DNA of 64,000 nucleotides. Origin: Candidatus Poribacteria bacterium. Its GTDB lineage: Bacteria; Poribacteria; WGA-4E; JAJDTR01. The stretch lies in contig CBDCTK010000002.1 of NCBI GenBank assembly GCA_965222225.1, positions 384,001 to 448,000 on the forward strand, given 5' to 3'. Made by a program: the position numbers and the translations under genes. The number at the start of each line of letters is the position of its first letter. Position 1 is the first letter of the stretch. Below the pieces are notes generated by a model, which saw nothing but the letters and a program-made list of their open reading frames with translations, was not told where the DNA came from and made no database searches. Of the stretch, positions 1 to 9,037 are shown piece by piece.

Positions 1-296
1 ATGACCTCGGTGTGGATACTTCGGATGATGAATTTATTAAGGCCTTTGAGGAGCACGATGCGAAAGTGTTGGGGATGTCCGCTCTGTTGACGACCACGAT
101 GCCGAACATGGGTAAGACAATCGAAGCTTTCATTGACGAGGATCTTCGTGATGACGTTAAAATTATGGTCGGTGGAGCGCCCGTGACGCAGGAGTTCGCC
201 GATGATATGGGCGCCGACGGGTACGGCAAGGATGCACTTGAATGTGTCGCATTGGCAAAGAAGTTTGTCGAAGAAGAAGATGAGGAAGAGTTCTGA
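1..296 (+). CDS. Corrinoid (B12-binding) protein, C-terminal part, cut by window start
   Basis: Frame open from the window edge: DLGVD...GMSALLTTTM...VKIMVGGAPVT..FADDMGADGY, the B12-binding Rossmann motifs of MtbC/MttC/MetH-type corrinoid proteins. Confidence 0.9.
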   Translation, partial: DLGVDTSDDEFIKAFEEHDAKVLGMSALLTTTMPNMGKTIEAFIDEDLRDDVKIMVGGAPVTQEFADDMGADGYGKDALECVALAKKFVEEEDEEEF

Positions 297-314
297 AATT
301 TGTGAAAGTGCAGA

Positions 315-2216
315 ATGCAGAAAATAGACAAGGAAGAATACCAGAAGCGACTTGACAAAATTACCGAAACGTTTGAGGGCATAGTGCTGCACGCGGATGA
401 GCAATCCACATATCGATGTCCTTACAAGAATCGTTTCGATCAATGTACGGCAAAATTCGGATGTCGCAATCAACGCAAGCCACCTACCAAAGGGGATTTA
501 CTTCTATGTGGCGGCGATGACCGCATAGATTACCGAAGTGCCTGGGAAACCGAGGCAGTAGACGGTGCTTATCTAGAGGACATTGAGTACGGCATGGGTA
601 CAATTGAACATGCTGGAAAAGCCCGGAAATTATCTGCCGGGAAAACCATCTTCGATTATGCTGATGAGCTTGCTGTCCAAGTGCCGACCTCCTGTTTTCG
701 CACCGGACAATGCCATGAGTGTATCGTCGAAGTGAAGTCGGGCATGGAAGCGTTACGCCCTCGAAATGAAGTAGAATCATTTCTACGAGACAACCACCGT
801 CTCGCTTGTCAGGCGGTGGTTCTAGATCCCGACATTGATATAGAATTCTCCCCATTGCGGCGCACGCCTAAAATTCTCACCCTGACAGATGAAAAGCCGA
901 TAGCATCTGATCCGTTAGTCACCCGCCGAGGGGACAGCGTTTATTATAACGGCGAGTACATCGACAGATATCGGGGTCACCTCTACGGTTTGGCAATCGA
1001 TCTTGGCACGACCACCATTGTCATTGATTTAGTGGACTTGGAAGGCGGAAAAACCGTTCACGTCAGTTCGTTTGAGAACCCGCAAAGGTTTGGCGGAAGT
1101 GATGTGATGCATAGAATATCATACGACGCTGAATTCGGAGGCGAGTTACGTAAAGCGGTCATCAACGCGCTGAATCACGAAATCTTGGAGATGGGCAAGA
1201 GCCTTGGTTTTGTTCGTCAAGAAATCTATGAGATTGTCTTGGTGGGCAATTCGACCATGCGCGACATCTTTTTCAATCTTGATGTGCAGAGCATCGGTCA
1301 AAAACCTTACAAGTCCACAATAGAACACGAATATCTGGAAGGCAAGCGCGAGACCACCGCGCTCCTAGAGAAAACGCGACGGCTGGGAATTCGGGCGAAT
1401 CCAAAAGCCGTTGTTTACGGTTTGCCTCTGATTGCAAGCCACGTTGGCGCAGATGTTGCCGCCGACCTAGTGGCAATTGAGATCGCCTCGCAAGACGAAG
1501 TTGTGATGCTGGTGGATGTTGGTACCAACACCGAAGTGGTTGTGGGGCACGCAGGCCGGTTGGTGGCAGCTTCCTGTCCGGCAGGTCCCGCTTTTGAAGG
1601 GGGCGGAATCGAATACGGCATGCCCGGGTACGATGGTGCCATTGAGTCAATTCATTTGAACAACGGTCAGACCGAATACCGAACTATTGGTGATGTCGAA
1701 CCCCAGGGCATCTGCGGATCCGGTTTAATCGATCTGCTGGCGGAACTTCGAAACCATGATTTGATGACGCCAATGGGAGTTTTCTCAGAAAAGAAACAGC
1801 GCAAGATAGCAGTTATTCCCGAATATGGAATCACTCTGTCACGTGATGATGCCAGCAATCTTGCCCAAGCGAAAGCCGCGAATTATTGCGGTCAATTCAT
1901 CGTAATGCGAAAATTTGGTGTTAACCCGGCGGATGTGAAGAAGCTATATTTAGCTGGTGGATTCGCCAACTATGTGGATGTGCGCAATGCAATTGACATC
2001 GGGTTCTTGGCACCGGTTCCCGACGATCGAATTGTCAAGGTTGGCAACGCAGCGGTACAAGGGGCAAGGGAGATATTGCTGTCGCGCAAGAAGCGTGAAT
2101 CAATCGAGGATTTGGTCAAGAAGATTGAGCACGTCGAATTGGAGACGACGCCGGATTTCTTCGAAGTATTCGTGGAAGGCTGCCAATTCAAACCGATGCC
2201 AACGAAGTTCGCCTAA
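315..2216 (+). CDS. ATP-dependent reductive activator of corrinoid proteins (RACo/AcsV-like, ASKHA/DUF4445) with 2Fe-2S domain and extra N-terminal Cys-rich domain
   Basis: CFRTGQCHEC...RLAC ferredoxin; DLGTTT, NPQRFGGSDVMHRI, DVGTNTE, AGPAFEG, GICGSG, LAGGF, GNAA motifs. Confidence 0.9.
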   Translation: MQKIDKEEYQKRLDKITETFEGIVLHADEQSTYRCPYKNRFDQCTAKFGCRNQRKPPTKGDLLLCGGDDRIDYRSAWETEAVDGAYLEDIEYGMGTIEHAGKARKLSAGKTIFDYADELAVQVPTSCFRTGQCHECIVEVKSGMEALRPRNEVESFLRDNHRLACQAVVLDPDIDIEFSPLRRTPKILTLTDEKPIASDPLVTRRGDSVYYNGEYIDRYRGHLYGLAIDLGTTTIVIDLVDLEGGKTVHVSSFENPQRFGGSDVMHRISYDAEFGGELRKAVINALNHEILEMGKSLGFVRQEIYEIVLVGNSTMRDIFFNLDVQSIGQKPYKSTIEHEYLEGKRETTALLEKTRRLGIRANPKAVVYGLPLIASHVGADVAADLVAIEIASQDEVVMLVDVGTNTEVVVGHAGRLVAASCPAGPAFEGGGIEYGMPGYDGAIESIHLNNGQTEYRTIGDVEPQGICGSGLIDLLAELRNHDLMTPMGVFSEKKQRKIAVIPEYGITLSRDDASNLAQAKAANYCGQFIVMRKFGVNPADVKKLYLAGGFANYVDVRNAIDIGFLAPVPDDRIVKVGNAAVQGAREILLSRKKRESIEDLVKKIEHVELETTPDFFEVFVEGCQFKPMPTKFA

Positions 2217-2238
2217 GTGACGTGTGAGGGTACAGCTT

Positions 2239-3840
2239 ATGAATACCGCCCACGCTCAGTCTAGTCAGCAGGTCGGTGCTTGGCAAAAGCGTCCACTGCG
2301 TCATCTACTTGAGGAAACGGATACGTTTGTCACTTGCGTTGAGCTGGTGACTTCGCGCGGCGTAATCACCGAACGTAATGGCAGACGCGTACTGGAATTG
2401 GCTAGAAAGCTCACCGAGCACCCGCGCATACATGTCCTAAGTATTACCGACAACCCTGGCGGTAATGCCATGCTCAGCGCTGACACGCTCGGAACGGATC
2501 TCATCTCTCGAGGTCAGGAAGTTGTTATCCACCTTTCATGCAAAGACTGGAACCGCAATGCCCTCCAGAGCCGTGGGTGGCAGCTCGCGAGCGAGGGCTT
2601 CAACAATGTACTCGCTTTGTCGGGCGACTATCCCAACGATGGCTATCAAGGGCAGGCAAGCCCCGTTTTTGACACCGATTCGGTTGGTCTGCTCAAAATG
2701 TTCTCGGATATGAACGCCGGAATGACCGTTGCGGCAGGGGGAAAAAACGAGGTATTAAAACGCACCGACTTCTATCTAGGCGCCGTAGTAAACAACCACA
2801 AACGTTTTGAACGCGAGGTGATGCCGCAGTATTTCAAGCTTGCCAAGAAGGTGAAAAACGGAGCGGCGTTTATCATCAATCAGATTGGCTACGACTCGCG
2901 TAAGCAGGACGAATTATTGAAATATATGTCAATGCACGGTATCAACGTGCCGGTGCTTGGCAACGTCTATGTGCTGAGCCGCGCCGCGGCGCGATACTTC
3001 AATGCGGGGAAAATTCCGGGTGTCACGGTAACCGACGATCTGCTGCGACTGGTTGAAAAGCAAGCGAAATCGCGCGATAAGGGCAAAGCCTTCTTCTTGG
3101 ATTTTGCCGCGAAACAGTGTGCTATTGCGAAGGGATTGGGCTACCGCGGCGTCTACTTGGGCGGACATCTGCAATATAAGGATTATGAGAAAGTTCTGCA
3201 GATGACCGATGAGTTCGGCGCCGATGACTGGAAGGAGTTCGTGGAGGAAATCTGTTTCGGTCACTCCGGCGAATTCTACTTCTTTGAACCGGAACCAAAA
3301 ACAGGTCTCAGTTCAACCGCGGTCAACCGGAGTTACCTTTTTTCAAAACGTCCCGAAGCCTTGCAGGCGGCAAGGCGCGATATCTCGTTCGGATACAAGC
3401 TAAACAGGGGTGTGCACGGAGCAGCATTTGAAGGTGAAACACTTGGGTTCAAAGCCGGGCGGAAGATTTTCCGGGCGGTTGACAAAGCCGGCGTTCGCGT
3501 ACAGACAGCCGTGCATGCAGCCGAACATGCCATTAAAGCAGTAATGTTTGACTGCCGTGATTGCGGCGACTGTTCATTGCCGGAAATTGCCTTTCTCTGT
3601 CCCGAATCTCAATGCGTAAAAAACCAGCGTAACGGCCCCTGTGGCGGCACACGTCAGGGAAAATGTGAAATCGGTGAAAAAGATTGCATTTGGGGAAGAG
3701 CCTACGACCGACTAAAGGCATACGGGGAAGAGGAGAGCATGATGGAAGAACCGGTGGTCTTCAAGAACGGCGCGTTGAAGGGTACAAGCGCGTGGGCAAA
3801 CACGTTTCTAGGACGAGATCATCACGCACGCAAGAAATGA
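2239..3840 (+). CDS. metF: Methylenetetrahydrofolate reductase, MetF domain fused to C-terminal MetV-like Cys-rich domain
   Basis: ITDNPGG, HLSCKDWN, LALSGD, K..GA.FIINQ motifs; C-terminal CRDCGDC..CPESQC.KNQRNGPCGG...CE...CIW; GAGGG precedes ATG 2239. Confidence 0.85.
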   Translation: MNTAHAQSSQQVGAWQKRPLRHLLEETDTFVTCVELVTSRGVITERNGRRVLELARKLTEHPRIHVLSITDNPGGNAMLSADTLGTDLISRGQEVVIHLSCKDWNRNALQSRGWQLASEGFNNVLALSGDYPNDGYQGQASPVFDTDSVGLLKMFSDMNAGMTVAAGGKNEVLKRTDFYLGAVVNNHKRFEREVMPQYFKLAKKVKNGAAFIINQIGYDSRKQDELLKYMSMHGINVPVLGNVYVLSRAAARYFNAGKIPGVTVTDDLLRLVEKQAKSRDKGKAFFLDFAAKQCAIAKGLGYRGVYLGGHLQYKDYEKVLQMTDEFGADDWKEFVEEICFGHSGEFYFFEPEPKTGLSSTAVNRSYLFSKRPEALQAARRDISFGYKLNRGVHGAAFEGETLGFKAGRKIFRAVDKAGVRVQTAVHAAEHAIKAVMFDCRDCGDCSLPEIAFLCPESQCVKNQRNGPCGGTRQGKCEIGEKDCIWGRAYDRLKAYGEEESMMEEPVVFKNGALKGTSAWANTFLGRDHHARKK

Positions 3841-3913
3841 TATGGCGGTCCATTGCGTGTTCATACGAGATTGTCTCAACCAAGTCCAAAGTTAGATGCC
3901 TATTGTAGTTATC

Positions 3914-4242
3914 TATAGTCATTGCAATTAAGAATTTTACACACTCGGACTTAGGTTGTTCGATTTGTAGTAGCAATCAAGGGAGCGAATAGCGACTGCG
4001 ATAGAAATCCCTTTATTGCGCGTCTTCTGTAGAGGATCAAACGACCGAATAGGGAGTGCGATAGAGATTTTCTCGCGATCGCGACTTCCTGACGTGAGCA
4101 AAGCTCGCTCCTACAGTTGAATTATCGTAACAGTCTACAATCATCAAATCGCCCATCTCCATGCTTTCAATTCGCGTCTGACTGGTTTTTCACTCGCTTG
4201 TAGACTGAAATGTGTGTAAATTTATGAATCTAAATGACTATA
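3914..4242 (-). mobile_element. MITE-like element type I, copy A (TATAGTCATT...AATGACTATA ends) with GTAG REP-like hairpins inside
   Basis: Both end regions are reverse complements of the ends of the elements at 36274-36483 and 40546-40753; interior longer and different. Confidence 0.75.
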
Positions 4243-4249
4243 ATCTGTT

Positions 4250-5284
4250 ATGAAGCTAAACGGTAAAGAATTTATCAGCATTGGTGAAAACGTCCATACT
4301 ACGCGCGTGGTAATGCGAAAGGGCAAGCTGGTTACCAGCAATCCTGACGGGGTTGAATCCGTTTGCTATCTTGACGCTGGAAAAAAGAGACGCTGTTTAA
4401 CTATTCCCGAAGATGTAAAAAAAACTCAGGATTACGAAGAGGGTCGGGTCAAACACGTTAAAATTGCAGTTCAAGCGGCAATGACCGGCGAGGGTGCCGA
4501 TGCCTCTGAAGGACTGAACTACATACACCGACTGGTTCAGCGCCAAGTTGACGCCGGTGCCAGTTTCATCGATTTGAATGTGGATGAAATCTCGCTGCGT
4601 CCTCAGGAACAGAAAGAGGCAATGCAGTGGCTGGTACGAACAGTGCAAAAGATGTGTCCTGTACCGCTGTCGGTGGATTCATCGAACGTCGAGACTATTC
4701 AAGCGGGCCTGGAAGCCGGCGATTGGAGAGCCGGTCGAATGTTGCTGAACTCGGCGTCACTGGAACGACTTGAGGCACTCGATCTTGCGAAACAGTATGA
4801 CTCGCAGGTCATCGTGACGGCAGCGGGGGAGTCTGGCATGCCGCAGGATGATGCAGAACGAATCGCCAATGCTTCTCGGATGGTGGACACTGCCCTAGAT
4901 AGAGGCATTTCGATTGAGGATATATTCATTGATGTACTCATATTTCCTATCTCGGTTGACGGCGCGTTCGGCGCCCATGCCTTTGACACAATTCGTCAAC
5001 TACGCGCCAAGTATGGGCCCGACATCCACATCACCGGGGGCTTTAGTAATGTGTCCTTCGGCTTGCCTTGTCGCCGCATTGTCAATGACGTTTTTATGTG
5101 CTTGGCGATTGTAGCCGGTGCGGACAGCGGAATCATCGATCCGGTCACAAGCCGACCCTCCAAGGTATTCACCATTGATAGGGGGTTGCGGCCGTATCAA
5201 CTCACCGAAGATATGCTGCTTGGACGAGATCGATTCTGCAAGGAATTCTTGAGGGCTTATCGCAAAGGGGAATTGGAAGTCTAA
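4250..5284 (+). CDS. Methyltetrahydrofolate:corrinoid methyltransferase (AcsE / MetH pterin-binding domain)
   Basis: IGENVH, Q...GA.FIDLNVD, PLSVDSS, LLNSAS, GFSNVSFGLP, GADSGIIDP. Confidence 0.85.
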   Translation: MKLNGKEFISIGENVHTTRVVMRKGKLVTSNPDGVESVCYLDAGKKRRCLTIPEDVKKTQDYEEGRVKHVKIAVQAAMTGEGADASEGLNYIHRLVQRQVDAGASFIDLNVDEISLRPQEQKEAMQWLVRTVQKMCPVPLSVDSSNVETIQAGLEAGDWRAGRMLLNSASLERLEALDLAKQYDSQVIVTAAGESGMPQDDAERIANASRMVDTALDRGISIEDIFIDVLIFPISVDGAFGAHAFDTIRQLRAKYGPDIHITGGFSNVSFGLPCRRIVNDVFMCLAIVAGADSGIIDPVTSRPSKVFTIDRGLRPYQLTEDMLLGRDRFCKEFLRAYRKGELEV

Positions 5285-5290
5285 CTAAGG

Positions 5291-5590
5291 ATGGCAACGT
5301 ATCAGATTCTGTACTGGAAGCATATTCCGGCTCAAATCAGAGTCTTTGAGGGGAAAAAACCGATTTCGCAGCCGATGCCTGATCGATTTCAGACCGACAT
5401 CGATCGAACTGCTATGAAGGAAGGCTTGACGGGGACTGACGAATATCTTGATCAGTGGCAGTGGACGGAAAAACGCGAGCGCCCGGGTGATGCCCGTGAC
5501 GTTTTGCCAGAGCTCGTGAGAGAACTCGAATCTGAATACGACATCAATGTCCCCATCAATGTCCCAAAGACAGGTAACCGTCAACAGTAA
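5291..5590 (+). CDS. Small 'virulence factor' family protein (PF13769-like)
   Basis: ILYWKHIPAQI...PDRFQTDIDRTAM..G....DEYL..W pattern; this family is commonly adjacent to MTHFR/methyltransferase genes. Confidence 0.7.
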   Translation: MATYQILYWKHIPAQIRVFEGKKPISQPMPDRFQTDIDRTAMKEGLTGTDEYLDQWQWTEKRERPGDARDVLPELVRELESEYDINVPINVPKTGNRQQ

Positions 5591-5719
5591 AGGGGAGATG
5601 CGAGCAAATCACAGACAAATCGCATCCGCTCAAAATCTGCGCTTTAACTAGCAATCCAAGAGTTGTCATAAAGGTTGAAGACATTCAAGAATTGATACAA
5701 ATCAGGGAATCTGCCGATT

Positions 5720-6787
5720 ATGGATACAACGATTCAATCCATTCTGGAGAAAGCATTAGCCGGTGAGCGCTTAGACTTCGACGATGGTCTAACCCTCTTC
5801 AAGAGTACCGACCTCCTCTCCATTGGAAGCGCGGCTGACGTTATTCGTCAACGCAAGCACCCGGAAGGCGTAATCACCTATGTTGTTGATCGCAACATCA
5901 ACTACACAAACTGGTGCTATGTGGATTGCGATTTCTGCGCCTTCTATCGGCATAAGAGTGACCCTGATGCTTATGTCATGGGACGAGAGGAACTAGGCCA
6001 GAAGATTCAAGAAACCATTGACTTAGGAGGGGTACTTATCCTCATGCAAGGTGGTCTGCATCCCAAACTCAAACTCGATTGGTACGAAGACCTCCTTCTC
6101 TGGATCAAAAAGAACTATGAGATCCATATCCATGGGTTCTCGCCCCCGGAACTTGACTGGTTTGCAAAAATCAACCGAATCAGTCTTAAGGAAACATTGA
6201 CGCGACTACGGGATGCGGGGCTGGATTCAATACCTGGCGGAGGCGCAGAAATTCTTACCGATCACGCTCGGAATGAAATCAGTCCCAAGAAATGCACCGC
6301 GGATGAATGGCTGGAAGTCATGCGGCAGGGGCATTACGTGGGCTTAAAATCGAGCGCAACGATGATGTATGGACACGTCGAAAGTTACGGCGAGCGTGTT
6401 GAACATCTTCTTCGTCTCCGCGAGTTGCAAGACGAGACTGGTGGGTTCACTGCGTTCATCTGCTGGTCGCTGCAACCCAACAACACGCGCATGGACCACA
6501 TCCCCCCGGCTGGAAGTTTCGAGTATCTAAAAACCTTGGCGATATCCAGGATCATGCTTGACAATTTTGACAACTTTCAATCTTCATGGGTGACTCAAGG
6601 TCCCAAAATTGGTCAGTTGTCGCTTAAGTTTGGCGCGAACGACATGGGAGGAACGATGATCGAGGAGAATGTCGTGAGTAAGGCGGGAACTGTCTACTGC
6701 ATGTCGATTGAGGAGATTGAACAGACGATTACCGAGTTGGGGTTGGTTCCGAAGCGGCGGAATTTCTTTTATGAATTGGTTGATTGA
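5720..6787 (+). CDS. mqnC: Cyclic dehypoxanthine futalosine synthase (radical SAM)
   Basis: DRNINYTNWCYVDCDFCAFYR, QGGLHP, PGGGAEIL, QSSWVTQG, GANDMGGTMIEENVV. Confidence 0.9.
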   Translation: MDTTIQSILEKALAGERLDFDDGLTLFKSTDLLSIGSAADVIRQRKHPEGVITYVVDRNINYTNWCYVDCDFCAFYRHKSDPDAYVMGREELGQKIQETIDLGGVLILMQGGLHPKLKLDWYEDLLLWIKKNYEIHIHGFSPPELDWFAKINRISLKETLTRLRDAGLDSIPGGGAEILTDHARNEISPKKCTADEWLEVMRQGHYVGLKSSATMMYGHVESYGERVEHLLRLRELQDETGGFTAFICWSLQPNNTRMDHIPPAGSFEYLKTLAISRIMLDNFDNFQSSWVTQGPKIGQLSLKFGANDMGGTMIEENVVSKAGTVYCMSIEEIEQTITELGLVPKRRNFFYELVD

Positions 6788-6851
6788 AGTGAACGGGTAA
6801 GACAAAAGCCACTTTGGCAACTTTAAACCATAGACCTTATTTGGAGGACAT

Positions 6852-7748
6852 ATGACGCAGAGTGTGATTACCAAAACAGATCTGGCCAATCTACCGCTAT
6901 TCAACATAGGTAAGGTGCGTGATCTCTACGATCTTGATGATAAACTCTTGATGATTTCAACAGATCGGATTTCGGCATTCGATTACGTCCTCCCGGACGG
7001 CATCCCGTGTAAGGGCGACGTTTTGACCGCATTGTCAGAGTTCTGGTTCAATCACACAAAGTCAATCGTGGACAATCACCTAATTACTACGGATGTCGCA
7101 GCGTATCCTGACGAATTGAAACCACATGCCGAAGTGATCAGAGGAAGGTCAATGCTGGTGCACAAAGCCGATCGAATCGACATCGAATGTGTGGTGCGCG
7201 GTTACATCGCTGGGTCGGCATGGTTGGAATACAAGGCAGATGGAACGGTTTGTGGCGAGAAATTACCTGAAGGCTTGCGTGAATCCGATCGTTTGCCTCA
7301 GCTTATCTTTACGCCTGCCACGAAGGCAGAGCAGGGGGAGCATGACGAGAATATCTCGATTGCGCGGATGGAGGAAATAATTGGAAAAGATTTATCGGAG
7401 CGAATCATTGAGGCAAGTTTCGCACTTTTTAAATCCGCAAGTCAACACGCGGAAAAGGTTGGGATAATCCTTTGCGATACGAAGTTTGAGTTTGGACTGC
7501 TTGATGACAATTTGATTCTCATTGACGAGGTGTTTACACCTGACTCTTCCCGATTCTGGCCGAAGGACGAATATGAGCCGGGCAAATCTCAAAGTAGCTT
7601 TGACAAACAGTACGTGCGAGATTATTTATCTGAAGTCGGCTGGAACAAAGAACCGCCCGCGCCTCATTTGCCCAAGGACGTAATCCACAGAACAAGCGAG
7701 AAGTATCTGGAAGCATACCGATTGATTGTTGGGCGAGAATTGACTTAG
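6852..7748 (+). CDS. purC: SAICAR synthetase
   Basis: GKVRDLY, TDRISAFD, ECVVRGY, DTKFEFG, DEVFTPDSSRFW, SFDKQYVRD; GGAGG RBS. Confidence 0.95.
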   Translation: MTQSVITKTDLANLPLFNIGKVRDLYDLDDKLLMISTDRISAFDYVLPDGIPCKGDVLTALSEFWFNHTKSIVDNHLITTDVAAYPDELKPHAEVIRGRSMLVHKADRIDIECVVRGYIAGSAWLEYKADGTVCGEKLPEGLRESDRLPQLIFTPATKAEQGEHDENISIARMEEIIGKDLSERIIEASFALFKSASQHAEKVGIILCDTKFEFGLLDDNLILIDEVFTPDSSRFWPKDEYEPGKSQSSFDKQYVRDYLSEVGWNKEPPAPHLPKDVIHRTSEKYLEAYRLIVGRELT

Positions 7749-7816
7749 GTGGAGAAGAAGAAAGTAGAACGGCAGGGCTGTGAGAAATCTAAACTGTGTG
7801 ATTGACGAATCCAGAC

Positions 7817-8281
7817 TTACTCTACAAGAAACAGATGGCTACGTTCAAACAAGTCGTCTACGGAAATGTCAACAATCCATTCACCTTTCGGGAATCCGTT
7901 AGAAGGGCGTTCTATATAGAACCACGTAATCTGTTCGCCGGTCGCAGAGGAGAACGTCTCACGTTCTTCTCGGAACGGGGGATCGTCCAAGGTTCCGTCT
8001 GGAGAGAACCAACGAACATCAACTGAATGACGTCCTTCGACATTGGTCCAATAAATCCATAAGAAAATCCTATCACTCGTGTCGGAAAAGAAGACATCCG
8101 TGATGCCATCAGGACGGTCGTCACTTACCGAAATTGCCAAAGCTGAGTCTAAAATTGCAGGCTCACCTCTGAAAACACCGCTAGATCCGCTCCCACCGGA
8201 ACCTGTTTCATCACACCCACTGAAAAGCATGACGCCCCACAGCAGGGCTAAACCGATCGTCCAAACAACAGCCTTATTCAT
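7817..8281 (-). CDS. Hypothetical lipoprotein with Ig-like beta domain
   Basis: GAGGAG RBS; signal peptide ending FSGC lipobox; Gly/Ser linker; beta-rich domain. Confidence 0.65.
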   Translation of the reverse strand: MNKAVVWTIGLALLWGVMLFSGCDETGSGGSGSSGVFRGEPAILDSALAISVSDDRPDGITDVFFSDTSDRIFLWIYWTNVEGRHSVDVRWFSPDGTLDDPPFREERETFSSATGEQITWFYIERPSNGFPKGEWIVDISVDDLFERSHLFLVE

Positions 8282-8391
8282 TGTGTTTCTCCTCAAATGT
8301 CTAGCGTAGTACGATACTAATCATACCTAACCCGATAGCGTCTGTCAACCGAAAAAACAGTAACAAACTACGTCTAGATTGTTGCAGAACG

Positions 8392-8901
8392 ATGGAATGG
8401 GAGCAAAGGTTCTTTTTCCCCGCCAATTGGTTATGGTGTCAACACAAGAAAGGAACACTGAATTTGGGTGCTGCCGCGACTCTGCATAGATGTGCAGGCG
8501 GAATTGTCATACGTCGGAGTAGTGATTTCGTTGAATTTCTACTGCTAAAACAGATAAGAAAAACCGGCGAAGTCCAATGGGTCATGCCTAAAGGACATAT
8601 TCAAAAAGGCGAAACTTCCGAGAGAACAGCGATCCGCGAGGCGAGGGAAGAAGCGGGGCTTGAAGAACTTCGGCTTATTGCTTGCCTTGGTAAACAGGAG
8701 TTTCGGTACCGTGAGGAGCACGAAATTCAACACAAGAAAGTGGTGAGTTGGTATCTGATGGAAACACCCTATGAATCCCATCTTTCTATCAAGGCTGAAG
8801 AAGGATTTATCAAAGCGATGTGGCTTCCGTATGAGGAGACACGGAAACAATGTTCACACAAGGACTTTCGAGAGTGGGTAGATAAGGCGGCAAAGCCCTA
8901 G
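8392..8901 (+). CDS. NUDIX hydrolase (Ap4A-hydrolase-like); start uncertain
   Basis: WVMPKGHIQKGETSERTAIREAREEAGL Nudix box. Confidence 0.85.
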   Translation: MEWEQRFFFPANWLWCQHKKGTLNLGAAATLHRCAGGIVIRRSSDFVEFLLLKQIRKTGEVQWVMPKGHIQKGETSERTAIREAREEAGLEELRLIACLGKQEFRYREEHEIQHKKVVSWYLMETPYESHLSIKAEEGFIKAMWLPYEETRKQCSHKDFREWVDKAAKP

Positions 8902-9037
8902 GTTTACGGAAAAACCAAACAGGAATCTGAAATAATGGTCGACAGTAAATACCTGCAATCTCAAGGTCTCTGAATTCTGGCTTACCGTGGCTAGAGGCTG
9001 CCAAGGGCGTTACAAGACATGTGAAAAGTACAGTGAT

